35,262 nucleotides of DNA from positions 1 through 35,262 of the forward strand of contig JAUCBJ010004249.1 of NCBI GenBank assembly GCA_032718475.1. Reading direction: 5' to 3'. Position numbers and translations under genes: made by a program. The stretch's first letter is position 1. Each line of letters starts with the position of its first letter. Below are positions 25,581 to 35,262 of this stretch, in pieces. The notes below the pieces were generated by a model. That model was not told the DNA's origin. It ran no database searches and worked only from the letters and a program-made list of their open reading frames with translations. This DNA comes from Nemertoderma westbladi (taxonomy: Eukaryota > Animalia > Xenacoelomorpha).

Positions 25581-25806
25581 GTTAGTTTACGCAGACCGAA
25601 GCCTAGAACTAGGGGCCTACTATGCCTTTGGGATAGGGGTAACATAATTTGATTATTATAATCTTGAAAATGCCCTCGCGGTATCAACTAAATTTAGAAG
25701 GGTGAATCTGTTTATATTAATGATATCTAACAGGGATCTTTTTATTCTTTTAAATGCACAATAAATATCTGCTTCTATTAATTAATTATATTTAACAATT
25801 AAACAG

Positions 25807-26010
25807 GGGTCGTTTGTGCTTAAACCAGACCAAATGCAAGTAATCAATCCTATGTTAATTCTTATCTTCATCCCATTGTTCGAGGGAGTCATCTACCCGC
25901 TCCTCGGTAAATGTTACCTACTGCGGAAACCCCTACAACGAATGGGTTTCGGGATGTTCCTCGCCGCATGTGCCTTTGTAGTTGCGGGATTCTTACAGCT
26001 GAGTATAGAT
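25807..26010 (+). CDS. SLC15A1/2: SLC15 exon 5
   Basis: LKPDQMQVINPMLILIFIPLF...PLQRMGFGMFLA; AACAG acceptor, GTGAGT donor. Confidence 0.96.
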
Positions 26011-26133
26011 GTGAGTCGATAGATTGCGTCGGTTAGTTAGAATTACGTTAGGTGTAGATGTGAGTCGGTACAGTTAGGGTTACGTTAGGTGTAGATGTGA
26101 GTCGGTACAGTTAGGGTTACATTAGGTGTAGAT
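26006..26133 (+). repeat. Short 37-bp tandem repeat copying the exon 5 donor (TAGAT|GTGAGTCG)
   Basis: TAGATG at 26006, 26055, 26092 and 26129. Confidence 0.8.
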
Positions 26134-27426
26134 GCAATGTGACTTTTTTATTTGGTGAGGTGTAAGTAGATTATTCGACAATGTCGCATTATCGGTGTTG
26201 ATAATAATTGTGAATACGATGGTATTTTTATGAATTACCATTAAATTTGTGTATACAAATTTACATATGATATATTATTTTTACGAACCCCCCCCCCCCC
26301 CCCCCCCCCCCCTGCCCATCAAAATAATAAGAAACAACATGACCTAACTAATATTTTCTTTGTGGGCGGTGTTGATGGTGTTGAATTAATTTTCGAAGTT
26401 ATTGTTGATGTTTGTTGGTATCAAGGTTTGTCTTTCTGTCTGTCGGACTGTCTATAAAAAATATAACAGCTTTAGTGTAAACCAAAACATTATAAATGAA
26501 AACGGCAACCTTAAAAACCTCAATAATTAAATTTTAGTGAGGTGAAAGAAATGTTTTCTTTTATTTTGACAAAAAATTACATACAGACAATATTATTATT
26601 ATATTATTAGTATTATTATACATTATTATACAGACAAACAAACCGACAATATTGCGTCCAAAATAAAAATTGAGATTGGAAATGAAATTAGCGACCTGGA
26701 AAAACCCCACAACGAAAATTTAGCATGGTAGCGCGTACTTTCCTTATTTATAGACGTAAATTTGACAAGCAGACAGGCAGACCTAAATACAGAAACAGAC
26801 ACAGGAACTTTAATTGCGTTTTTCTCCCCTTCATGATTTTTCACTAAGAACGGTTTTATTCAGCCATTTCTTAGCAAATTCAAAAAAATTTTGTTTGAAA
26901 GACCCCACGGAGACGCAACTGACTCTTACTTCCATAAGAGGCATTTCTCGTATCTGGCCTTTTATGTAGATTACGAGATTATGAGATTTTAAGTTTTTTT
27001 AATAGATTGACTATTATTAGAGCACCTACAACGCCTAGTAATGAATTAATGTGCATGTGGACATGTGGACATGTGGACATCGACCTAAGACAGATATACT
27101 CGAGGGAAACATAGCGGGAAAAAATATTGAGATTTGGTGGAGAAATTTCGATTTAAAATATGTGTCTCTTTTCTGTGGTTATTGCCAAGCGGCGAAATTT
27201 CTGGATTTTTTTATTTTAGTAAAAGACAGTTTTTATCCCTCTATCCGATGATATATGTAGGTTGAGCCTGCCTCTTATATTTTTGATGCAATAAAACATT
27301 TACAAATGATGACATTGATGGAATACTACATTGTTTCAGATAAAAGGTGTATATTTTATTTATTCACATTTTGAAATTAATTTTAAAAAAAGTAGCTAGT
27401 AAAAAATTGGAGGATGGAGAGGGGGT

Positions 27427-27957
27427 GTGGGGCGAGCCACGAAGTTGGCGGAGCCTTAGCGAATTGACACTGTTAGGGGGTGGGTCAATTTATGCAAATA
27501 GTTGTCGTCGTCGTCGTTGTCGTCGTCGTCGTCGTCGTTGTCGTCGTCGTTACGATTTTGACATGCTAATAACTTTGTCGGATTTAAAGCTGCCAAGTTG
27601 AAAATTTGTAGGTATCAATATGAGCAAAAGTTGAGATTTTTGAGAGACTTTCAGACACCATCAGTGCAATGGTCTCCCGCTAGAGGGCCACATGTCTAAA
27701 CATTAAATGCCCTCCCATTTCTTTGCTTTTAATCCGTTTAAGCTGAAACTTGGCAGATATGTATTAGACCATTAGCTGTGACTTTCAAAGGAGGCGAATC
27801 CATCTGCAGTTCTCCAGTCTGCCGCTAGAGGGCCAAAGGTCTGAAAGTGAAAACAACTAACGACGACAACTATTTGCATAAATTGACCCACCCCCTAACA
27901 GTGTCAATTCGCTAAGGCTTCGCCAACTTCGTGCTGCGCGAAGTCCCCACTTCGTGT
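27427..27957 (+). mobile_element. Short copy of the 5611-7175 element with its 5' end duplicated in inverted form
   Basis: Near-identical 5' ~300 bp; 27860-27933 is the reverse complement of ~27438-27511. Confidence 0.8.
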
Positions 27958-28453
27958 AGTAATGTGTCTTAACACAGTTCGTACTGATTAATTGTGAATT
28001 CCATTGCAGATGTCCAGTAAATGTAATTACATTGTATGAATTCACTATGTAGCTAAATTTGCAGTGAAAGTGATATAAAAGGAGTGAAATAATCTAAAGA
28101 GCTTTATTGTTTAACACCTTTTCCATTGAAGGAGTTAAAATAATGTTATATTTAAAAATATAACTACATATTGCTTGTTAAATAACGTGGAACATATTCC
28201 AATATTCTATCGATTCTTTATTAACCTCGTTACGCTCGGTAAATAAAATATCTCGAGTATTGTGAAAATAATGTTCTACATTATTTACTATGCAATAAAT
28301 GATTTCTCATTGAAAATTAAATTGAAAAAAAATTATACTAATATAAAAAATAAATGGATTACACTAATTAATGAGATTCATGATTAATTGATTCCAGCAG
28401 ACAGTAAAACTTTTACAATCAGGAATATGTGGTATTTTCCTTAATGTTCATAG

Positions 28454-28604
28454 GCTGCTCAAAATTCTCATCCAACTGGAACGCAAGCCTCAGTAAGAGT
28501 TATCAACGGCGCTCCCTGCAACGTAACGCTAACCTCCGAACTGTTTGTGGGACAGAATCCATTGCTGGTTAAATATAAGACTCAATCGAGATATTTTATA
28601 TTAG
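28454..28604 (+). CDS. SLC15A1/2: SLC15 exon 6 (start of extracellular domain)
   Basis: AAQNSHPTGTQASVRVINGAPCNVT...; CATAG acceptor, TTAG|GTGAGT donor, phase 0 to 1. Confidence 0.85.
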
Positions 28605-28924
28605 GTGAGTAATGCTACCTACCTACCTTAGCAACGTACTAGCCAGCCCCTAGTAACGGACACACCCATGACCTACTGTATCTGTTATAGTAGGTCATGA
28701 CACACCTTACCATGGCAACGAAAGCCTCTCCCTAGCAACGATATGAACTAAACTGTTACTGTATTAATCGTGATACTGTAATTTAAATAAGTCAACCGAA
28801 TTAAGTAAACAACCTTAGGCCTACCGGTAGGTATGTACAGCAGTAGACTGTATATAAAAGCAACCAAAACCTAGACAGTAGCAAGCAATTAGTAATCAGC
28901 TGAGTTATTTAAGTATTAAATAAA

Positions 28925-29189
28925 AAAAAGTAAATTTTCTTCGGCCGCTAGGGCAGGGATTACGCACAAAGTCTGACGACTTATTTCCGGTGCGGTCCCC
29001 CCAGAACTTTACTCCCCAGAGGAAACTCCAGTACTCATTTAGCCACCAGTTAAGGATGCAAAGCAGAGCCTGGCTGGTCTCTTTAAAGCATTCGTGCCGA
29101 AACGAAAACTGTCCTGGCCCATGTGAGGATTGAACCCACGACCTACGGGAGATGTGAATTCAATGCAACCACTACACCAAGGTGGAACC
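28925..29189 (-). mobile_element. tRNA-derived SINE with Nin/Deu-like central domain
   Basis: Minus strand: A-box TGGTGTAGTGG, B-box GGTTCAATCC, then CTCTGCTTTGCATCCTT...TAAATGAGTACTGG. Confidence 0.7.
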
Positions 29190-29268
29190 TTGAAGTTATT
29201 AATGTTATAAAGTAATGTTATAATAATAAAATAAATAATAAATAATGTTATACCTATTAATATTCCAG

Positions 29269-29435
29269 ACTCTTCGCTATATAACAATGAGAAGGTAACA
29301 GTGTCTGATGCTTCTGGGTGTTTCTCTATCTCAGACACAGATAACAACACTGTTTCTAAAGATTTTACACTGAAACCCAAACAATCTATTTCTGTAATTG
29401 TAACCTTAGTCGAAGACGATCTAAAATTACTTCAG
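29269..29435 (+). CDS. SLC15A1/2: SLC15 exon 7
   Basis: Open frame (D)SSLYNNEKV...GC...LKLLQ; TTCCAG acceptor, CAG|GTGGG donor, phase 1 to 0. Confidence 0.75.
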
Positions 29436-29910
29436 GTGGGCCCCAAATATTAGTTAATTTTTGAGACAAAGGGAGGGGGATGGACGTACAGCAGGTTACA
29501 GTGACACATTATCTTAATCGATGATTTTCTCCTAGAGATGCAGGCATTTTAAGTAGGCCCTATCTGCTGTAATATTTACTTATTGCATTTTAAATCTTTT
29601 TAATTGTAATTAAAATATGATCGTATTACTACTAGAGATATTAACTATTCGGCTATTTGTTGTTTGGACGGGTTTACCACTGGGGGATCTAGGATTTCTC
29701 CAAGGGGACCACTGCCACCACCTCCCCCCGGAAGGGTGGTGGCAGACCAAATGAAAAAATTAAACATCGGCTATTATAGTAACAGGAAATTTGAGCGCAA
29801 TACGTGTTCAAATTATTATTTTTGTTAAAAAGGTACGACAGGTATAAAAACAGTACAAACTTCAAATTAGATAAAATTAATTATATATACAGTATTATAG
29901 GCCTAACAAC

Positions 29911-32103
29911 GATAGGCCTAACACTGAGGTCAGGTCAGGTATTCTAGGTCATTGATCAAGAAAACTTGCCACCTCCATGCAGCATAAAGGAGGTGCCACC
30001 TGTAGCTGCATAGACCCTCTTACTAGGGCAAATCTGGTCCTGTAACTAGGACCCCCTTCGTTCTGGGACAAGGACGCCCTTGGTCCTGGATTAAGGACCC
30101 ATATACTTGGCTGCAGGGGTATATGGCCTGGCCAGGCAGATGGTGATCTACCAATGGCTGGTCAGGAGTAGAGTGTTCTCATGTCCACTCTGAGTGCACT
30201 TCACTGCGACCTGCACCTGGCAGCAGGGGTACAGGGCATGACCCAGCAGATGAGCTGCACAGCCAATGGTGGGTCATGTGCGTGAGAGTAGATATGGGTG
30301 ATGGGCCTCATATCTGACTCCACTGCGACACCCACCCTGTGGAATGGCAAACCAGGGTGTGGTATTTGCCCCGAGAGCTGACTCGGCAAAAAAGCACCCC
30401 CCAACCCCCACTATGGATTACATTAGTAATGCGGAGGCCCACTTTGAAAAGCTCCTCAATAATAACAGGGTATTTCCTGATAACTTTATAGAAGTAAAAG
30501 TGTCTGAGTCTGTACTCCCAGATATTCCCATTGGTGATATCTCCTTTGCAGAAGTGAAGGCTGCTGCAAAGAGCATTAAGACCAATCGTGCCAGTGGAGT
30601 AGATGGTGTTCCCCCTGAGGTCTTTAAAATACCTGAGTGTTTAAAGCTCATCTATCCCATCAGAGTAGACATGTACCGTAGAACAAGAGTCCCACAAGAA
30701 ATGAAAACAAATAAGTTGGTGCCAGTTCCCAAGAAGGGCAACCTAACACTCTATGGTTCTTTTCGGGGAATCTCATTGATCTCAATTGCTGCAAAGCTAT
30801 ACAATACAATTCTATTAAATCGCATCAGAGATCCCATTGAGAGACTGCTCCGTGGAAATCAGAATGGGTTCCGTAAAGGTCGTGGGACCATGGAGCCCAT
30901 TTTGGCACTTAGAAGGATAATTGAAGAGTTATCAAAAAAGAAAGACAGGCATCTGGCTGTTATCTTTGTTGACTTCTTCAAGGCCTTTGATTCAGTCTCT
31001 CGCTCACGTATGTTCAGCATACTTTCATTATATGGGATTCCTGATGAAATTATTGCAGCAATCAGATCAGTATACGATGGTTCGACAACATTTGTGTCTA
31101 CTGTTAACGGTGACACAGAACCATTTGAAGTGTTATGGGGCGTTCTCCAGGAAGACACACTTGCACCATTCTTGTTCATAATTGTTGTTGACTATGTTCT
31201 ACGTATGTCCTTAGATCATCATAATGATGATGGGGTGATGATAACTCCACCTACTGGCTCCAGAAGTCGAGGAAATCCTGCCAAGTACCTAACTGATCTA
31301 GACTTTGCTGATGACTTAGGAGTACTATCAGAATCACTAGAGGGAGCCCAACGGATCCTCAGCTCATTAGAACATGCTGCTTCTAGTGTTGGTCTTTTTA
31401 TTAACTCCAGAAAGACCAAAATTTTGACAGTTAACTTTGAAAGTCCTCAGCAAGTCTCTGATCGGATGAGCATAAGCTCAAAAGATGGTATGCTTGAGCA
31501 TGTGGATGACTTCTGTTACCTGGGATCATGGATCCGGAAGTCAGGTGAAGGGCTTCGAATACGTAAGGGAAAGGCATGGGCAGCCTTGAATAGGCTTTCC
31601 AGGATTTGGAAGTCACCGAGAATTAATCGGAAACTTAAGGTCCGGTTATTTAGAGCAGCAGTAGTTCCAGTACTCCTCTATGGGAGTCCATGCTGGGCTC
31701 TAACTGCTGAGGACACCAAATCTCTGGATGGCACATTCACAAGAATGCTACGCCGGGTTCATTGTGTCAAGTTCAATGCACACATCTCCAACCAGACACT
31801 ATATAACATTGGAGGTGTCTCATTGGTTCCCCCAAGCTTGACACTAGAACAAAATCGCCTCCGCTTTGCAGGACATTGCTTTCGCCGTGAGGACCAGCCA
31901 GTGCATAATCGTGTACTTTGGCAGCCTCATGGAGTGAATAAGCATGGTGGACAGCCCATGACTTTCTTGAGACGCATCTTAAAGGACACTGGCCTTGAAG
32001 ATGCGGATGATCTAGCAAATGTCATGGGTGATAGGGAGTTATTCAGATGCATTCTTAAAAATGCAGCTGCAATGCAGCATGCCGATCCTAGTAGTAGTAG
32101 TAG
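29911..32103 (+). mobile_element. RTE-like non-LTR retrotransposon lacking an endonuclease domain
   Basis: 33-bp TSD TAATTATATATACAGTATTATAGGCCTAACAAC (29878-29910, 32104-32136); (TAG)n tail; structured 5' leader; RT ORF. Confidence 0.9.
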
Positions 32104-32146
32104 TAATTATATATACAGTATTATAGGCCTAACAACAAACGGATAA
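30344..32146 (+). CDS. Non-LTR reverse transcriptase ORF (600 aa)
   Basis: ASGVDG, PVPKKG, FRGISL, QNGFR, DFFKAFDSV, GVLQEDTLAP (QG changed to QE), DFADD, YLGS, LRFAGH. Confidence 0.9.
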   Translation: MANQGVVFAPRADSAKKHPPTPTMDYISNAEAHFEKLLNNNRVFPDNFIEVKVSESVLPDIPIGDISFAEVKAAAKSIKTNRASGVDGVPPEVFKIPECLKLIYPIRVDMYRRTRVPQEMKTNKLVPVPKKGNLTLYGSFRGISLISIAAKLYNTILLNRIRDPIERLLRGNQNGFRKGRGTMEPILALRRIIEELSKKKDRHLAVIFVDFFKAFDSVSRSRMFSILSLYGIPDEIIAAIRSVYDGSTTFVSTVNGDTEPFEVLWGVLQEDTLAPFLFIIVVDYVLRMSLDHHNDDGVMITPPTGSRSRGNPAKYLTDLDFADDLGVLSESLEGAQRILSSLEHAASSVGLFINSRKTKILTVNFESPQQVSDRMSISSKDGMLEHVDDFCYLGSWIRKSGEGLRIRKGKAWAALNRLSRIWKSPRINRKLKVRLFRAAVVPVLLYGSPCWALTAEDTKSLDGTFTRMLRRVHCVKFNAHISNQTLYNIGGVSLVPPSLTLEQNRLRFAGHCFRREDQPVHNRVLWQPHGVNKHGGQPMTFLRRILKDTGLEDADDLANVMGDRELFRCILKNAAAMQHADPSSSSSNYIYSIIGLTTNG

Positions 32147-32244
32147 TATATGACAAACTCACAACCGTACTAAATACAGTATGTAAGGTAGCAAAACAGT
32201 ACAAATTATTCAATTTTTAATGTATGCCTATTTTTATATTACAG

Positions 32245-32291
32245 CACATCACCACTATATCTAAGTCTAAAAAGGGGGATGCTGTTATAAC
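32245..32291 (+). CDS. SLC15A1/2: SLC15 exon 8 (47 nt)
   Basis: TTACAG acceptor; HITTISKSKKGDAVI; GTGAGT donor; phase 0 to 2 bridges exons 7 and 9. Confidence 0.75.
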
Positions 32292-32701
32292 GTGAGTAGT
32301 ATTCATTTAATGAACGGTAGGCCTACCGTAGCTATTAATTAATATTATTGGAAAAATACTGTAGGCCCTTTATTTTTTTATAAAAAATATTTTTGATGAC
32401 CCCTTTTTACTCATTATATCTCCTATAATGTACTGGTACCTACAGTACTGCTGTACTACTGTTTTTAGTAGTCTTACCGGTATTACAGTTGTAGTACATA
32501 GGTCCTGAGGTGCTGATTCTTAGGTAATCAATGACGCGGAACCATAGAGTGTAGTCACGGTACTGTGCAGCATTAAGTACTACCGGTACGTGACTAAGCA
32601 GTACGTTTCTGTCTCGATACGACTGTTGTTATAGACCATTTAATGTAAATGGATTTGTTCATAAGTGGAAAAAACGAGAAAGCGTCTCCGGGGGTTGAAC
32701 C

Positions 32702-32747
32702 AGCGCTATACGTACGTTTCGGCCTAACAGGCCTCATCAGTAGCGCT
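32702..32747 (-). ncRNA. Type I hammerhead ribozyme
   Basis: Reverse complement: AGCGCTA CTGATGA GGCC tgtta GGCC GAAA CGTACG TA^TAGCGCT. Confidence 0.92.
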
Positions 32748-33075
32748 AACCAGCTCAGCCACTAGCCCCTGACACTCACACTCCCACCTAATACACTTCT
32801 ATTGAACGGGCAGTCTTAAGTTGCAGATATTCTATCTCTAACAACGGACCTACCAACCTCAAGTATGTTAGAGTGAAACAGGAGGAAAGTACAAATAAAT
32901 AAATATTCAGGTCGAGTATTGCTGCCAGGTGAAATTAATTAAATAAATTGGAGATGAGGTGGTGCAACTGTAATTAATTATGTAATGTAAATGGATTTGT
33001 CCTTAAGACTACCCGTTCAATATAAGTGGATTAGGTGGGAGTGTGAGGGTCAGGGGCTACTGGCTGAGCTGGTTC

Positions 33076-33119
33076 GCGCTACTGATGAGGCCTGTTAGGC
33101 CGAAACGTACGTATAGCGC
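33076..33119 (+). ncRNA. Type I hammerhead ribozyme
   Basis: GCGCTA CTGATGA GGCC tgtta GGCC GAAA CGTACG TA^TAGCGC; predicted cleavage after 33113. Confidence 0.92.
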
Positions 33120-33923
33120 TGGTTCAACCCCCGGTGACGCGCTTTCTCATTTTTTTGACTTCTCAACAAATCCATTTACATTACATCATTAATTACAGTT
33201 GCACCAGCTGCTCCTTTCCCTCAATTGGTAATTTAATTGTTTATTGAGTTGGATGTGAAATCTCGCCTCTGTAACCTGTTTTTTCCCGGAATTGGTAAAG
33301 TGATCGTTTATTGTTTTGGTTAGAAAATCCTACCTCTGTAACCTGCTCCTTTCCCTCAATTGGTAATTGTTTTTGGTTAGAAAAGGAGTGTTTTGCTACA
33401 GTCACATCGAAATCGACCTGTGCAGTGCGTTGGAGATTTTTTATATAGTTTGGGTACCATTGAAACTTTCGTTTTCTGTGTGAATCACAGCCTGGATGTT
33501 GCTTCAGTACAGTCTGAATGTCGAAAATAAGGGGCCAAGAATAGCAATATAAGGACATATAAAATAAATTTCGACAAAAAAGTGTTACAAAGAGCAAAAA
33601 AGGGGGACAAAATGACCAAAATAAGGGGCCATAATAAATAACTGACTATTTCTATAAGCCCACGAAAAAAGAAACATCAAATAACAAATAGAACAATGTA
33701 ATATAATATATATAATTACTGGTAGGCTGTTATTGATTGAATTTATCATAAATTTGTGCCAATTAAACCTAACTAATTCGATGTAATTACTCCTATACAC
33801 TAACATACTAAACCTAACTTAATATTTAACCTAACAGTAAACCAGTCAGCCGTGGTGAACCTTTTATTATGTTTATTCTTTGTTTGTTGAATATAATTAA
33901 TTATTAAAATCTTCATCTCCTAG

Positions 33924-34048
33924 GATTTTGTATATGCCTGGGGCGGCCGACGTTCACTACTCTGTCTACCTCAATAACAGCGTCGGACATTTACGGAAGT
34001 TTAGAATTCACGGTAATAATGGATCACTCCCAGAAGATATAGAGCCAG
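33924..34048 (+). CDS. SLC15A1/2: SLC15 exon 9
   Basis: CTCCTAG acceptor; ILYMPGAADV...EDIEP; CCAG|GTATT donor; phase 2 to 1. Confidence 0.75.
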
Positions 34049-34399
34049 GTATTATAAATTAATAAAATATAAGTTGAATATTTCCTCTGACAGCAATAAC
34101 AGGCTAGTTAATGATAACCAGTATAATTTTAGAGGACCGGGTTACTGTATATTACATTTCACTTCATTTAATAATAAAATAAAATTAATATTTAAAATAT
34201 ATATTATGCATCATATTGAGTAAAATGAAGTTAATGATTGTTTTAAGAAGTATATCCAGAGTCAAAATAACGAAAACAACACACATGATACAATGTAGAA
34301 TTAATACCTATTGGTTCGTAGGAATATGTTCGGGCCAGATATTCAGTGAATGTGCTGCACTATACTTTAAAAACCTCTGTAGTTCAATGGGTTACTATG

Positions 34400-34700
34400 G
34401 TTCTTTATCATACAGAGTCTGAAACCCAGTTGGGGAGGTGGGTTAGGCTTAGGGCAGGACAAAGAACGGAAGATAGTGCTAACGGAACTGCGATACACTT
34501 CAATGGATAGAGGTCTACATCGAGTCACTTGTTGTATAGAGTTGGATTACCAATATAAGAGCCAAGGTGCAGGAGGCTCCTCAGATCTTTCCTATAGTAG
34601 CAATCTAACTTATCCACCTCAGTGGCACTGAAACTGAAAGCTCCAATGTTGAACGTAAGGGAGTTGAGTAGCACACAGGCCATACTAGTGAGCGCAATAG
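34400..34700 (-). mobile_element. Old decayed RTE-like LINE 3' fragment
   Basis: Minus translation LTFNIGAFSFSATEVDKLDCYYRKDLRSLL...IGNPTLY...CRPLS resembles the post-RT C-terminus of RTE elements. Confidence 0.5.
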
Positions 34701-34852
34701 CCTGAAAATAACAAAAGGCTCAAGCCACTGCTTCGTCCAACCATTGGTGTGGAATACTTGAGACATAATCGCAAGTATTTGTACGAAATTAGATAATGTA
34801 GTATGTGAGTCAATTTGTATCCAAGTATGCTAAGGTGGTCCATCTTTTACCT

Positions 34853-34925
34853 GAGCCGCTAGCTGAATGGTTAGAGCGTCAGACTTCCAACCCGGAGGTC
34901 ACCAGTTCGATCCCACCTGGACGTC
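34853..34925 (+). pseudogene. tRNA-like sequence (SINE head or tRNA pseudogene, TCC in anticodon-like loop)
   Basis: TAGCTGAATGGTTAGAGC (A-box/D-arm) and GTTCGATCC (B-box); stems poorly paired. Confidence 0.55.
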
Positions 34926-35159
34926 ACTGCCGACTTTGCAAAAGCTGTGCCCAACAAAAAGTTATAAACATATTTAACCATTTGGAACCTGTTAATACGA
35001 AATCAAAAGCAGCACAAAGTAAAGACACTCAAAATTAATTTATTTTATAACTTCGATTTCAATCTCAAGTTGTCATTACTAGCAGAAAAATAAATGTCAT
35101 ACATTATACTGTATTATATAAACATCGTGCAATAATTTCCAATGAAAATCCAATTTTAG

Positions 35160-35260
35160 GTAAATATCAACTACTGATGGAAGAAAACAATGATAATATA
35201 ACGATAGGAACAATCGAGGTGGATACAGGTGAGGTCTCCACTGTGGTAATTCAAGAGGAT
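35160..35260 (+). CDS. SLC15A1/2: SLC15 exon 10 (end at 35260, or alternatively 35228); gene continues beyond the window
   Basis: TTTTAG acceptor, phase 1 completes EPG-KY; GKYQLLMEE...VDTGEVSTVVIQED then GT. Confidence 0.7.
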
Positions 35261-35262
35261 GT

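Larger units (their letters stand above)
32641..33207. mobile_element. Retrozyme or Penelope pLTR-like element: 342-nt monomer on - strand joined to an inverted partial copy
   Basis: TAATGTAAATGGATTTGT at 32641 and 32983 (offset 342); 33002-33183 is an inverted copy of 32641-32820 and continues into the inverse of 32960-33000. Confidence 0.8.

Noticed and set aside
25080-26730. Shared motif GAAATGAAAT(C/T)AGCGACC...AAAACCCC at ~25100 and ~26680
   Set aside because: Probably old dispersed DNA transposon remnants, but ends and TSD could not be defined.
30237-30278. CAGATGAGCTG...CAGC as a hammerhead
   Set aside because: Core reads CAGATGA and lacks GAAA and stem III.
33241-33597. Minus-strand 118-aa ORF as a Penelope GIY-YIG endonuclease next to the hammerheads
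   Set aside because: No GIY-YIG or RT motifs recognisable.
34853-34925. Functional tRNA-Gly(TCC)
   Set aside because: Acceptor, anticodon and T stems do not pair adequately.

Overview
AT-rich animal (invertebrate-like) genomic DNA. It carries most of an intron-rich + strand gene for a proton-coupled oligopeptide transporter (SLC15/PepT1-PepT2 type). Ten phase-compatible GT-AG exons lie between 4504 and 35260, and the gene runs off the window end. The introns are filled with repeats. Three tandem arrays (23 bp, 52 bp, 37 bp) begin at the gene's own 5' splice sites and copy the exon end plus the donor. Other contents: two different hammerhead-ribozyme retrozyme-like elements (three hammerhead cores, one behind a tRNA-like Pol III head); a decayed Gypsy LTR element with nested P-like and piggyBac-like foldback MITEs and an RTE+BEL insert; a TSD-flanked RTE-like LINE with an open RT ORF but no endonuclease; a CRE-like fragment; a tRNA/Nin-like SINE; and non-autonomous elements with CTCF-like motifs about every 146 bp. 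All calls come from reading the sequence by eye; no searches were run.
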